A stretch of DNA of 63,584 bases, filler included, from Acidimicrobiia bacterium (lineage in GTDB: Bacteria; Actinomycetota; Acidimicrobiia; Spongiisociales; JAENVV01), in NCBI GenBank assembly GCA_041577335.1. It is 6 parts of 4 records of this genome, joined end to end, with 100 filler letters (N's around TTAATTAATTAA, not from the genome) between each part and the next. Parts side by side here need not be neighbours in the genome. Positions count along the whole stretch, not along the records: positions 28,401 to 59,074 come from JBFGJH010000038.1; 5 more parts are not named here. One strand, written 5' to 3'. Positions 40,594 through 50,941 of the stretch are shown piece after piece. Every line of letters starts with the position of its first letter. Positions within the stretch are counted from its first letter, which is position 1. The notes below the pieces were generated by a model that saw only the letters and a list, made by a program, of their open reading frames with translations, was not told where the DNA came from and did no database searches. Position numbers and translations under genes: made by a program.

Positions 40594-41801
40594 CTTGGTT
40601 GGCTTTGGCTACCGCCGCCGTCCTGCTTCTTCTCTCCGCTGTGCTTCGCTCCGGTGGTGCTTCGCTCGTGCGCACCTCGCGTGCCGATGCGCTTCATGAC
40701 GCCGCCGATGGTGACGAGCGGGCCGCGATCGTTGCAGAGCTCCTCGTCGACCGGACCGGCCTCCAGCCGGCGATCGGCCTTGTTCACTCGGGTCTTCTCA
40801 TCGTGACGACGCTCCTTGCCACCTGGCTCCTCAGCATTCGAATCGACGAAGGTTGGCTGCTGGCGTCGAGCCTGGTCGCCGCGGCGGTGTTGTTGCTCTT
40901 CCTTGCCGACGTGTTGCCGAGAACCATCGGTCGGCGAAGGCCTCGAACTCTGGCGTACCGATATGCGCGTTTGCTGCGGTGGGCGGCCTCCTTCGGGGCG
41001 GCCGCCACTGATCTCGGCGAAGACGAAGATGAAGGCGACGCTCGTCCCGGGGTGCAGTTTGACGGGCACGACCGCGACGAGGACGACCGCAAAGAAATCG
41101 AGTTGATTTCTTCGGTCCTGGAGTTCTCGGACACCCTGGTCCGGGAGGTCATGGTTCCTCGGACGGACATGGTCACCGTCCCGGCTTCGGTCACTTCCGA
41201 CGAGGCGCTCGATGCCGTGATCGAGCACGGATACTCCCGTGTGCCAGTGATCGGTGGCAGCAGTGACGACATCCTCGGTTTCGTGTATGCCAAGGATCTC
41301 CTCAAGCTCATGGACGAGGGCAGCGATGCGATCTCGGTCCAGCAATTGATGCGCCAGGCCGTATTCGTGCCCGAAACCAAGCGGGTCTCAGATCTTCTCC
41401 GGGAGATGCAGGCAACCCAACATCACATTGCGGTCGTCACAGACGAATATGGTGGCACTGCAGGCATCGTGACCATCGAAGACCTCTTGGAGGAGCTCGT
41501 CGGTGAAATTGTCGACGAATACGACACGCCCGAGGAATTTGTGATCGCCGGTCCCAATGGGGAGCTGCATGTAGACGCTCGCTTGCCGGTCGAGGACTTG
41601 TCTGAGCTCGTAGGTGACGAGTTGCCCGACGAAGAATGGGACACGGTGGGCGGGTTGATGTTGGGCCTCGCCGGGCGTGTGCCCAAAGAAGGCGAGGCCT
41701 TCATGATCGGCGACCTGACTCTGACGTGCCTCGCAGTGCAAGGCCGCCGGGTGTTGCGTGTCGGGGTCCACCGAACCGGCGTAGCGCTTTCTGCGGAATG
41801 A
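40590..41801 (+). CDS. CNNM/CBS/CorC transporter (hemolysin-family)
   Basis: TM domain, REVMVPRTDM, YSRVPV, DEYGGTAGIVTIEDLLEELVGEI. Confidence 0.92.
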   Translation: MTWLALATAAVLLLLSAVLRSGGASLVRTSRADALHDAADGDERAAIVAELLVDRTGLQPAIGLVHSGLLIVTTLLATWLLSIRIDEGWLLASSLVAAAVLLLFLADVLPRTIGRRRPRTLAYRYARLLRWAASFGAAATDLGEDEDEGDARPGVQFDGHDRDEDDRKEIELISSVLEFSDTLVREVMVPRTDMVTVPASVTSDEALDAVIEHGYSRVPVIGGSSDDILGFVYAKDLLKLMDEGSDAISVQQLMRQAVFVPETKRVSDLLREMQATQHHIAVVTDEYGGTAGIVTIEDLLEELVGEIVDEYDTPEEFVIAGPNGELHVDARLPVEDLSELVGDELPDEEWDTVGGLMLGLAGRVPKEGEAFMIGDLTLTCLAVQGRRVLRVGVHRTGVALSAE

Positions 41802-42691
41802 GCGCTTCGCGGTCGGGGTTCGTGGCGGTGGTAGGCCGTCCCAACGTGGGAAAGTCGACCCTGGTGAACGCGCTGGTAGGCGAGAAGGTCTCGATCACAT
41901 CGACAAAGCCTCAGACCACACGCAACGTCATCAGAGGCGTGATGACTGTCACCGACCCACCCGCACAGGCGGTACTTGTGGACACGCCCGGGCTTCACAA
42001 GCCGCGCACGGCCCTTGGAGAACGGCTCAATCGCCTCGTCTATGGATCGTTGGCGGAGGCAGATCTGATTGTGTTCGTCGTAGATGCCAAGGCAAAGGTC
42101 GGGCCGGGTGATCGACGCGTCGTCGAGCGAGTCGTCGCCTCCCAGACCCCTGTGGTGTGCGTCGTCAACAAGGTCGACGCCGCCCAAGCCGGGCTCATCG
42201 CAGAACGGCTCGGCGAGGTGGCGCCGTTCGATTTCGCGTCGTATGTGCCGCTCAGCGCCGCCACGGGTGAAGGCGTCGAAGTGCTTCGCGAAGAGATCAT
42301 CGCCCGATTGCCCGAAGGGCCGTTCTACTTCCCGCCGGAGGCGCGCAGCGATCAACCAGAACAGCTGGTCGCTGCTGAGATCATCCGCGAGAAGTTCCTC
42401 GATCGCCTGCGCGACGAGCTTCCTCACTCTCTGGTCGTGATCGTTCAGGACATGGAGACACGGCCGAACGGCACGTTGTTCATCGGCGCTGCCGCCGTTG
42501 TGGAGCGCGACTCGCAAAAGGGGATTGTCATCGGGAAGAAGGGTGCCTTGTTGAGCACGGCGGGCGCTGATGCGCGTCGTGAGCTCGAGACGTTGTTCGG
42601 AACGACCGTCTTCCTCGATCTCCGCGTTCGCGTCGAGAAGGATTGGCAGCAGCGCCCCGAGATGCTCGACCGGCTCGGCTTCGACGCGTAA
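41798..42691 (+). CDS. era: GTPase Era
   Basis: GRPNVGKST, KPQTTR, DTPG, NKVD, KH domain IVIGKKG. Confidence 0.97.
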   Translation: MSASRSGFVAVVGRPNVGKSTLVNALVGEKVSITSTKPQTTRNVIRGVMTVTDPPAQAVLVDTPGLHKPRTALGERLNRLVYGSLAEADLIVFVVDAKAKVGPGDRRVVERVVASQTPVVCVVNKVDAAQAGLIAERLGEVAPFDFASYVPLSAATGEGVEVLREEIIARLPEGPFYFPPEARSDQPEQLVAAEIIREKFLDRLRDELPHSLVVIVQDMETRPNGTLFIGAAAVVERDSQKGIVIGKKGALLSTAGADARRELETLFGTTVFLDLRVRVEKDWQQRPEMLDRLGFDA

Positions 42692-42760
42692 CGGCCGTTT
42701 CTCGCCGGTCGATTGAGCCAACAGATCGTCGCTTCCGGCGGAATCTCGCCCTACGCTCCG

Positions 42761-43492
42761 GTGGTGGCGATCACTCACGACCAAGGCATCGTTCTCCGGT
42801 CCTACTCCTTTGGAGAGGCGGACAAGGTCGTCATCCTCATCAGCCCCAATCGCGGCAAGCTCCGCACCGTTGCCAAGGGGATTCGGAAGACGAAGAGTCG
42901 TTTCGGGGGCAGGCTCGAGCCTTTCAGCCATGTCGACCTCGTCCTCTATGAGGGACGAAATCTGGACACCATCACCCAGGTTTCCGTCATCGAGGCGTTC
43001 CCACGACTGCGGGCCGATTACGACGCCGTCATCCTTGCCAACGCCATGACTGAAGTCGTCGATGCCGTCGTGCAGGAAGACGAAGCGGCGTTTGGCCTCT
43101 TCCTCACACTGCAGCGTGGCCTCATGGCGCTCGAGGCCGGGAATCGGAGCCGTGACGTGCTGGTGACGGTCTTTCTGAGAGTCGCCGACATCTTGGGTGT
43201 GGCGCCGTCGCTCGATCGGTGTGCCGGGTGCGGCCGGGCCGAGAGCGGGCCCGAGCACTTCCGGTTCGGTTTCGCCGCCGGTGGCTTGATCTGCGAAGCA
43301 TGTGCTCCGGCAGGCGCATACCGGCTACGACAAGGCGTCATCGAGCGCCTCGCCGAGTTGGCCTCATCCGATCTACGCACACTGTCTTCGGAGGAATCGG
43401 ATCTCTCTGCAGACGCTCTCGGCGTTGCGAGGCGATACCTCGAACATCATCTCGAGCGCCGGCTCAGTTCAATGGCGGTGATGTATGAGTGA
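42761..43492 (+). CDS. recO: DNA repair protein RecO
   Basis: GIVLRSYSFGEADKVV, SRFGGRLEPF, Zn finger CAGC..CEAC. Confidence 0.94.
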   Translation: MVAITHDQGIVLRSYSFGEADKVVILISPNRGKLRTVAKGIRKTKSRFGGRLEPFSHVDLVLYEGRNLDTITQVSVIEAFPRLRADYDAVILANAMTEVVDAVVQEDEAAFGLFLTLQRGLMALEAGNRSRDVLVTVFLRVADILGVAPSLDRCAGCGRAESGPEHFRFGFAAGGLICEACAPAGAYRLRQGVIERLAELASSDLRTLSSEESDLSADALGVARRYLEHHLERRLSSMAVMYE

Positions 43493-44234
43493 CCGTCCCT
43501 CGTTCGACGTGACCAAGGTGGATCTTTCCAGCGTCCCCCGACATGTCGGCGTCATCATGGATGGCAACGGTCGGTGGGCCAAAGCGCGTGGACTTGAGCG
43601 AACCCAGGGTCATACCGCCGGCGAAGTAGCGATATTCCGCGCGGTCGACGGTGCACTGGCGGTGGGTTTGCCATGGATGACGCTGTATACGTTCAGCACT
43701 GAGAACTGGTCACGCTCCGAAGAGGAAGTTGCCTTTCTCATGCTGTTCAACGAAAGCATCATCGTTCGACGCCGCGATGAGTTGAACGAAAAGGGAGTTC
43801 GGGTCCACTTCACCGGAATGCTCAATGATCAGAGGATTCCGGATCGCAACCGTGAGCTGATGGCCGAGACCTCGGAGATGACCGCCGGCAACACCAACCT
43901 GAATCTCGTGTTTGCTTTCAACCACGGTGGTCGGTCCGATCTCGTCGGGGCGGCAAGACGAGTGGCACGGCTTGTCGAAGATGGTGCCATGACCGCAGAC
44001 GAGGTTGACGAAGCTGCCATGATCGCTGCGATGCCCATGCCGGAGATGCCCGACTGCGATCTGGTCATCCGCACCTCCGGAGAGCAGCGCATCAGCAACT
44101 TTCTCCTGTGGCAGGTGGCCTACGCCGAGCTGCTCTTCCCAGCGATCCTGTGGCCGGACTTCACCGGACAGGACCTGATCGACCTGATCGTCGAATATCA
44201 GCAGCGTGAGCGGCGATTCGGGGCGGCCCGCTGA
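43485..44234 (+). CDS. uppS: cis-prenyltransferase (polyprenyl diphosphate synthase)
   Basis: HVGVIMDGNGRWA, FSTENW, IRTSGEQRISNFLLWQ. Confidence 0.96.
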   Translation: MSDRPSFDVTKVDLSSVPRHVGVIMDGNGRWAKARGLERTQGHTAGEVAIFRAVDGALAVGLPWMTLYTFSTENWSRSEEEVAFLMLFNESIIVRRRDELNEKGVRVHFTGMLNDQRIPDRNRELMAETSEMTAGNTNLNLVFAFNHGGRSDLVGAARRVARLVEDGAMTADEVDEAAMIAAMPMPEMPDCDLVIRTSGEQRISNFLLWQVAYAELLFPAILWPDFTGQDLIDLIVEYQQRERRFGAAR

Positions 44235-44300
44235 GCGCCGGCGGCCCCCGGCGGGGCAGCACCTCCATCTAGCTATCATCGCTGCTTCCGAGGAGGGCAC

Positions 44301-45602
44301 GTGCCAGCTGACTTCGACACCATCGTCAATCTCTCAAAGCGTCGCGGCTTCGTGTTCCAGTCGTCGGAGATCTACGGCGGCTTGCGCTCCGCCTACGACT
44401 ACGGGCCGCTCGGCGTGGCGATCCTCAACAACGTCAAGAATCAGTGGTGGCGGTCGATGGTGCAGCTGCGCGGCGATATCGTCGGCATCGACTCGGCGGT
44501 CATTCAAGCTCGATCGGTCTGGCAGGCGTCCGGCCACGAAGCCGGGTTCCATGACCCGCTCGTCGAATGCCGGACATGCAATAGCCGCCACCGCCTCGAC
44601 AAGCTCGACGACCCGGACACATGCCCGACCTGTGGCAACTCTGGCACCTTCACCGAGCCGCGGTCGTTCAACCTGATGCTGAGCACCCACATGGGCCCCA
44701 TCGAGAGCGATGCCAACCTCGTCTACCTCAGGCCAGAGACTGCCCAAGGGATCTTCATCAACTACGAAAACGTTCGCCGCACCCAACGTCTCAAACTGCC
44801 GTTTGGCATTGCCCAACTCGGGAAGTCGTTCCGGAATGAGATCACCCCTGGCCAGTTCGTGTTCCGGACCCGCGAGTTCGACCAGATGGAGATGGAGTAC
44901 TTCTGTCGCCCGAGCGATGCGGCCGAATGGTTCGAATACTGGGTGCAGGCCCGGCACGACTGGTACACCGATCTCGGGATGAGCGCCGAACGGCTCCGGA
45001 TTCGTGAGCACGACGCCGATGAGCTGTCCCACTATTCCTCCGCCACCGTCGACGTGGAATACCTGTTCCCGTGGGGCTGGGACGAGCTCGAAGGTATTGC
45101 CAACCGCACGGATTTCGACCTGCGCCAACACACCGAGCACAGCGGCGAGGACCTTCGTTACTTCGATCAGGAGGCAGACGAGCGCTTCTTTCCATACGTG
45201 ATCGAGCCGGCTGCCGGCGCCACACGCACTACGTTCTCTTTCCTACTCGACGCGTACGACGAGGAGGAGGTGCGCGGGGAGACTCGGGTGGTCCTCCGGC
45301 TCGACCCGCGTCTGGCGCCATACAAGGTGGCCGTTCTTCCTCTCTCGAAGAAGCCCGAGTTGGTGGCCGGGGCAGAGGAGGTCGCCGACATGCTGCGGCC
45401 CATCTACGAGCTCGAAGTCGACGTCACCCAGGCGATCGGTCGACGATATCGCCGCCAGGACGAAATCGGTACGCCGTACTGTGTGACCTTCGATTTCGAT
45501 TCCCTCGACGATCAGGCTGTGACGGTCCGGGATCGAGACACGATGGCCCAGGATCGGGTCGCCATCGATCAACTACCGGCCTACCTGGCCGACCATCTCT
45601 AG
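44301..45602 (+). CDS. glyQS: Glycyl-tRNA synthetase (alpha2 type)
   Basis: [45 protein letters not shown]. Confidence 0.97.
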   Translation: MPADFDTIVNLSKRRGFVFQSSEIYGGLRSAYDYGPLGVAILNNVKNQWWRSMVQLRGDIVGIDSAVIQARSVWQASGHEAGFHDPLVECRTCNSRHRLDKLDDPDTCPTCGNSGTFTEPRSFNLMLSTHMGPIESDANLVYLRPETAQGIFINYENVRRTQRLKLPFGIAQLGKSFRNEITPGQFVFRTREFDQMEMEYFCRPSDAAEWFEYWVQARHDWYTDLGMSAERLRIREHDADELSHYSSATVDVEYLFPWGWDELEGIANRTDFDLRQHTEHSGEDLRYFDQEADERFFPYVIEPAAGATRTTFSFLLDAYDEEEVRGETRVVLRLDPRLAPYKVAVLPLSKKPELVAGAEEVADMLRPIYELEVDVTQAIGRRYRRQDEIGTPYCVTFDFDSLDDQAVTVRDRDTMAQDRVAIDQLPAYLADHL

Positions 45603-45611
45603 CCCTTTCTG

Positions 45612-45640
45612 TTGACACCTCCAGGCCGCGAGGATAACGT
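45612..45640 (+). promoter_or_regulatory. Primary-sigma promoter of LacI-PfkB
   Basis: TTGACA-N17-TAACGT. Confidence 0.75.
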
Positions 45641-45645
45641 TCCGG

Positions 45646-45659
45646 TGGAACCGATTCCA
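45646..45659. promoter_or_regulatory. LacI-type operator
   Basis: Palindrome TGGAACCGATTCCA with central CG at the predicted transcription start. Confidence 0.75.
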
Positions 45660-45689
45660 TCTACAGTTGGTCGGTTTGAAGGGGTAGAT

Positions 45690-46691
45690 GTGGCCACGAT
45701 CCTCGATGTTGCGAGGGAAGCCGGCGTCGGCGTCGGCACCGTTTCGCGGGTTCTGAACGATCATCCGCGCGTCTCGCCGGCCACTCGATCCCGAGTACGG
45801 GAAGCCATCGAGCGCCTCGACTACAGCCCCAACCCCATGGCCCGGGGACTCTCACTCGGCAAGTCCGCATCGATCATGGTGATCACTCCCGGCCTGACCT
45901 CCGCCTCGGTCGGCCAGCGGCTCCGAGGGATCATTCCCACCTTCAACGCCGCCGACCGAGACGTCATGATCACGAATGTCGATACGCCCGAGCAGCGGCG
46001 TCGGGCGCTTCATTCGGTCGTTGATATCAGCCATCCGGCAGGACTGCTCATCATCTCGATCGAGCTGACCCCAGAAGAGGTTGCCCGTATCGCCGGCGCC
46101 GGAATACCGCTGGTCATGGTGGATGCCTGTGTTCCTGGCGCTCACTGCTTCATCGTCGACAACGAGGCGGGGGAACGGACAGCCACCGATCATCTCATCT
46201 CGCTCGGCCACCGCCGGATCGCCTTCGTTGGAGACATCGTCCAGGGTGAGGGTGTCGCCTCCAGCGCACCACGGCGGCGCGGGTTCTTGCAGGCGATGGA
46301 AGCGGCCGGACTCGAAGTCCCGGCCGGGTTCGTTGCAGAAGGCCCGTTCGGTCGGGAGACCGCTCTCCAGCTCACCAATCGCATTTTGGACCGGCCTCAG
46401 CCGCCAACGGCCATCGTGGCATCGTCCGACTCCATGGCGCTCGGCGTGCTCGAAGCTGCGCAAGCGCTCGGGATGGGCATTCCCGACGATCTCTCGGTCG
46501 TCGGCTTCGATGACATCGACGCCGCCCCGTATCTCGGCCTGACCACCGTGCGGCAGCCGCTCGAGCAGTCCGGAAGCGAAGGTGCCCGCTGTCTACTCGC
46601 CCTCGTCGACGGGCTGGAAACCGAGCCCGAGAGAACCTATCTCGATTTGGAGCTCATCGAGCGGTCGACGACCGGAGCGCCTCGTGTTTGA
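45690..46691 (+). CDS. LacI-family transcriptional regulator
   Basis: TILDVAREAGVGVGTVSRVLN, GHRRIAF, LSVVGFDD, LTTVRQP. Confidence 0.95.
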   Translation: MATILDVAREAGVGVGTVSRVLNDHPRVSPATRSRVREAIERLDYSPNPMARGLSLGKSASIMVITPGLTSASVGQRLRGIIPTFNAADRDVMITNVDTPEQRRRALHSVVDISHPAGLLIISIELTPEEVARIAGAGIPLVMVDACVPGAHCFIVDNEAGERTATDHLISLGHRRIAFVGDIVQGEGVASSAPRRRGFLQAMEAAGLEVPAGFVAEGPFGRETALQLTNRILDRPQPPTAIVASSDSMALGVLEAAQALGMGIPDDLSVVGFDDIDAAPYLGLTTVRQPLEQSGSEGARCLLALVDGLETEPERTYLDLELIERSTTGAPRV

Positions 46692-47574
46692 TCTCGTCTC
46701 GGTCGGTGAATTGCTCGTCGACCTCATCTCCGACGAGGGAAACGGCGGGCTGGCCGGGGCCGATCGATTCCAGTCATTCCTGGGCGGTTCGCCCGGCAAC
46801 ACTGCGATCACGGCGAGCATTCTCGGCGGTGCCGTCGCAGCTGTGGGCTGCGTAGGCAACGACGGCTTCGGCGACAAGGTCGAGGCGGGCCTGCAGGCGT
46901 ACGGTGTCACCCCGTTGGTCATGCGAGTCCCGACTCCAACGACTCTTGCCCTGGTGAGCAGGAGCGCCGGCACTCCCGAGTTCGTGATCGTGCGGGGCGC
47001 CGACCGCATGCTGAGCGGCTTCGAAGTGCCGCCGGCTCGCTGGTTGCACACGTCGCTGTTCGCCCTTTCCGAGGATCCGCAGCGAACGTCGATTCTGGCG
47101 ACGCTGCGTTCCCTCGTGGGCTTTGTCTCCGTTGATTTGAATTTCCACGATTCCATATGGACCCACGGGCACCTCGAAGAGGTGCTCGACGAGCTCGGCT
47201 CCCTGGTCGACGTCGTGAAGGCATCCAGCGATGACTGTTATCGAATGTTCGGTGCTCGCTCCACGGACGAATGGGTCGACCGCTTGCTCGGCTTTGGTTT
47301 CGGCACGGTCCTGTTCACCCACGGAGGTGAGTCGGTGGTACTCGCCGCCGACGGCGAGATCACAGAGATGCGCGTGCCCGAGCGAGATGTCGTCGATGTC
47401 ACCGGCGCCGGCGATTCTTTCATGGCCGGCGTGATCATGGCCAGGCTCGATGGCCTTCCCTGGCAGCATGCCGCGGCCGTCGGCATCGAGATAGCCGGTA
47501 GGAATGTGGGCGTACTCGGTCACGTTCCCGGCCCGCTCGACCGCAAATCGGTCTACGCCGCCGCCATCGCGTGA
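46684..47574 (+). CDS. PfkB-family sugar kinase (fructokinase-like)
   Basis: GELLVD, GGSPGN, VGNDGFG, DVTGAGDSF. Confidence 0.9.
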   Translation: MFDLVSVGELLVDLISDEGNGGLAGADRFQSFLGGSPGNTAITASILGGAVAAVGCVGNDGFGDKVEAGLQAYGVTPLVMRVPTPTTLALVSRSAGTPEFVIVRGADRMLSGFEVPPARWLHTSLFALSEDPQRTSILATLRSLVGFVSVDLNFHDSIWTHGHLEEVLDELGSLVDVVKASSDDCYRMFGARSTDEWVDRLLGFGFGTVLFTHGGESVVLAADGEITEMRVPERDVVDVTGAGDSFMAGVIMARLDGLPWQHAAAVGIEIAGRNVGVLGHVPGPLDRKSVYAAAIA

Positions 47575-47740
47575 ACCTCGTCCGCGGCCGGAAGGTGTCC
47601 GATTCCCGAGGTGAGCGATACCAGGCGAGCCAAGATCGAGTGAACCCGGAACCGTCCTCGTTTCGTATTGTCCACATGAGATTCCCTGAAACATCACCTA
47701 CGGTTGTCGGCTCGTCCGTCGTTGAAGACGGTAAAAGAGC

Positions 47741-48487
47741 ATGAAGCGGATTGGACTGCTGGTGGTCATCGGCGCTGCCATCGTGATTGCCTTGGGAGCG
47801 TGGGTCTTCTTCTCGGGCGGTTCGGGCGAGCCGTCGACGGAGGTTACGGCGCCTCCGATCTCCGCAGCTCCCACCACAGAGGCCGCAACCACCGAGGCTC
47901 CCACAGACACGACCGTGCCCACACCGACGACTGGTGCGGCGGCAGCCAACGTGGTTGTCTTCGAACTCGATCAGTCAGGTTCGACAGCCTCGTTCACCTT
48001 GAACGAGGAGCTGAGCGGCTCGCCTGCGACGGTGGTGGGTGTCACGGATGAGCTTGCTGGTCAGATCCAGGTCGACTTCGGTGAGTCCGCCAACTCGCTG
48101 GTCGGCGACATCGTGATCAATGCCCGGACCCTCGAAACCGACAGCGCCTTCCGGGACCGGGCCATCCGCGGCCAGATTCTGAATTCGGCCAGTGACGAAT
48201 TCGAGTTCATCACCTTCGCTCCGACGAGCGTCGACGGTCTTCCCGCAGACGCAACGGCTCCCTTCGCGTTCACCGTCACCGGTGACTTGACCATCCGCAC
48301 GGTCACCCAATCCGTGACCTTCACCGTGGAGATCACCGAGGCTTCCGAGACGATGCTGGTGGGAACCGCAACGGCCGAGGTCCTTCGATCTGACTTCGAT
48401 CTCAACATCCCGTCGGTGCCGCGCGTCGCCAACGTCACCGACGAAGTCCAGCTCGACCTGTCTTTCACCGCCATCCCGGCGGAGTAG
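47741..48487 (+). CDS. YceI-family protein with N-terminal membrane anchor
   Basis: TM/signal, Thr/Pro linker, LETD..RD.., TGDLTIRTVT..V, RSDFD. Confidence 0.88.
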   Translation: MKRIGLLVVIGAAIVIALGAWVFFSGGSGEPSTEVTAPPISAAPTTEAATTEAPTDTTVPTPTTGAAAANVVVFELDQSGSTASFTLNEELSGSPATVVGVTDELAGQIQVDFGESANSLVGDIVINARTLETDSAFRDRAIRGQILNSASDEFEFITFAPTSVDGLPADATAPFAFTVTGDLTIRTVTQSVTFTVEITEASETMLVGTATAEVLRSDFDLNIPSVPRVANVTDEVQLDLSFTAIPAE

Positions 48488-48657
48488 TTCGGGCCTGCGG
48501 CCTTCACGACTCCCGTCTCAGTCTCAAGCCCTGTGGTAGCAGACGCTCTGGTTTGCATGAGGGGCTTACGTTGTGCACCGGGGAGTGTTGGCTCTGGAGC
48601 CAATCAGGGATGACCGGTGCGAGATGTGTCGGCGATGGCCCAGAGGGCCGCGCCTGC

Positions 48658-49386
48658 TTACGCGTTGGCGCCGTACCAGGTGCCGACCAGGTAGCTGACG
48701 ATGGCGCCGAGGCCGCCGAGCAGGAGGTTCTCTGATCCCGAGCGCCACCACGACCCGCGAGTTGCCACCGTCTTGAGGGCCCCAACCAAGAAGAGGGCCG
48801 CGCTGGCGAGAATCGCCGCGATCGTCAGGCCCGTTACCGGTGTGACATCGAATACAAACGGCAGCACCGACGGCAGCGAGCCAGTGAGAAAAAGGCCCCC
48901 GGAAACGAGCATGGCCACCCACGGATTGCGGCGCTCCTGATCGATGACTCCGAACTCCAGGGCCATCATGATCTTCATCATCGCCTCGTCGTCGTTGTTG
49001 TAGGCAGCGACCACCTCCGCAGCAATGGCGGGGTCGAGGCCCGTTTCCACGAACATGTCTGTGAGCTCGGCCAGCTCTCGTGGTCGATGGTGAACGAGAT
49101 GCTCGCGTTCGAGTTTCATTTCTCGGTCGAATATCTCTTCCTGCGACTTGGTGGCGATGTATTCGCCGACGCCCATGGAGATCGCTCCGGCGATGGCTCC
49201 GGCCACGCCGGTGAGAAGAACCTGGGCGGTGTCGAGCCCACCACCGACGACGGCCGCCACCAGGAGGAACATAGACACGAGGCCGTCATTGACCCCGAGG
49301 ATGATGTCTCGCCAGTACTGGCGGGAGTCTCCGAGGTGCTCGATGTACGGGACTTCAGCATCGATGTCGACGGTCGAATCACTCAT
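48658..49386 (-). CDS. VIT1/CCC1 Fe/Mn transporter family
   Basis: RDIILGVNDGLVS, AGAISMGVGEY, five TMs. Confidence 0.92.
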   Translation of the reverse strand: MSDSTVDIDAEVPYIEHLGDSRQYWRDIILGVNDGLVSMFLLVAAVVGGGLDTAQVLLTGVAGAIAGAISMGVGEYIATKSQEEIFDREMKLEREHLVHHRPRELAELTDMFVETGLDPAIAAEVVAAYNNDDEAMMKIMMALEFGVIDQERRNPWVAMLVSGGLFLTGSLPSVLPFVFDVTPVTGLTIAAILASAALFLVGALKTVATRGSWWRSGSENLLLGGLGAIVSYLVGTWYGANA

Positions 49387-49439
49387 GCGGGATCATTCTA
49401 AGGAGAATCACCGATGAACATCCCGGCTACCGTCCTGGC

Positions 49440-50879
49440 ATGCACATTGCATTCTTGAATCCCCAGGGCAACTTCGACGCCAACGATTCTTACTGGAGCG
49501 AGCACGCCGACTTCGGTGGCCAGCTTGTCTACGTGAAGAACGTTGCGCTGGCGCTTGCCGCCCTCGGCCATTCGGTCGACATCGTCACCCGCCAGGTCAT
49601 CGACTCCGATTGGCCTGAGTTTTCGCAGCCGCAAGACGGGTATGCGGGAGTCGAGGGGTTGCGGATCGTGCGCATTCCATGCGGAGGCGACCGTTTTGTG
49701 CGCAAGGAAGACCTGTGGCCGTTCCTGGCGACAGAGTGGGTCCCCGGAATCGTCGAGTTCTACGGCGACGGCCCCCCCGATGCGGCCACCGCCCACTACG
49801 GCGACGGCGGAATCGCCGCTGCCCTGCTGCAAGAGCACCTCGGGGTGCCGTATACATTCACCGCTCACTCCCTTGGAGCTCAGAAACTCGACAAGCTGCT
49901 CGCGTCGGGTGAAAGCCTCGAAGATCTGGATGACCGCTACCTGTTCCGGCGGCGACTGGCAGCCGAGCGGAGCGCGATCGCCAATGCCTCCGTGGTCATA
50001 ACGTCGACGGCGCAAGAGCGAGACCAGCAGTACGAGCACCGGGCCTACCGATCGCCCGCCTCACATGAGCGTTTCCAGGTCGTGCCACCGGGCGTATCGC
50101 TCGAGGTGTTCGATGTCGACGCTCGTGCCGCGAATGAATCGGAGGTCATCGGCAAGCTGGAGAGTCGGCTCGCCGACCAGATCGACGCTGGACGTCTCGG
50201 CTTGCCGGCAGTGGTGGCGTCCTCGCGTCTCGATCCCAAAAAGAACCCAGCCGTTCTCATTGACGCCCTCGCTGATCCGGAGCTGCGCGAAATGGCCAAC
50301 CTCGTGTTCGTGACTGGAGCACTCGAAGACCCGCTGCACTCCGATGAAGGCGCCGGTCCCACGGAAGCGGCGGTACTTGCAGACATGAGGTCGAGAATCA
50401 AGCTGCATCGCCTCGAGGGCGCCGTGGCGGCGGTGGGCGTTCGCGGCCAGGGTGGGCTCGCCGCGGTCTATCGACGACTGGCGGCCGGCGATGGTGTGTT
50501 CGCCCTCACCGCGCTCTACGAGCCGTTCGGCCTGGCCCCGCTGGAAGCGGCTGCGTCGGGGTTGGCCGTGGTCGCCACCAAGAACGGTGGTCCCTCCGAA
50601 TCGTTGGTCGACGGAACGACGGAGTACGGCATTTTGGCAGATCCCACCGACCCGGCCGATATCGCCGCAGGCATCAAACGGGCACTGCGAGACCATGCTG
50701 CCCTGGCGTCGGCTGGACGGCGCAGGGTGCTCGACACCTACACCTGGGATCGCACTGCTCGCGGCTATGTGGCTGCCATCGAGTCTGGGGGAGTCGACCA
50801 CACCGAGCCAGTGCATTCCTACTTCGCGGGTGGCCCCGACGTGACACTGGCAGAACTCGTCACCTGGATGGGGCTCTAA
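49440..50879 (+). CDS. Sucrose-phosphate synthase-like GT4 glycosyltransferase
   Basis: AFLNPQGNFD..HADFGGQLVYVK, HYGDGG, HSLGAQK, SSRLDPKKN, YEPFGLAPLEA, TKNGGPSE. Confidence 0.88.
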   Translation: MHIAFLNPQGNFDANDSYWSEHADFGGQLVYVKNVALALAALGHSVDIVTRQVIDSDWPEFSQPQDGYAGVEGLRIVRIPCGGDRFVRKEDLWPFLATEWVPGIVEFYGDGPPDAATAHYGDGGIAAALLQEHLGVPYTFTAHSLGAQKLDKLLASGESLEDLDDRYLFRRRLAAERSAIANASVVITSTAQERDQQYEHRAYRSPASHERFQVVPPGVSLEVFDVDARAANESEVIGKLESRLADQIDAGRLGLPAVVASSRLDPKKNPAVLIDALADPELREMANLVFVTGALEDPLHSDEGAGPTEAAVLADMRSRIKLHRLEGAVAAVGVRGQGGLAAVYRRLAAGDGVFALTALYEPFGLAPLEAAASGLAVVATKNGGPSESLVDGTTEYGILADPTDPADIAAGIKRALRDHAALASAGRRRVLDTYTWDRTARGYVAAIESGGVDHTEPVHSYFAGGPDVTLAELVTWMGL

Positions 50880-50941
50880 CCCGCTCATTTGAGAGCGATG
50901 TCGCCTGCGCCGCACGATGGGCGCGGGCCTACAATCGCAGC

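Noticed and set aside
41423..43258. Long antisense or alternate-frame ORFs (also 19667-21187, 56255-58129, 33764-34915, 28693-29757)
   Set aside because: Shadow ORFs over well-supported genes, expected in high-GC DNA; no recognisable motifs
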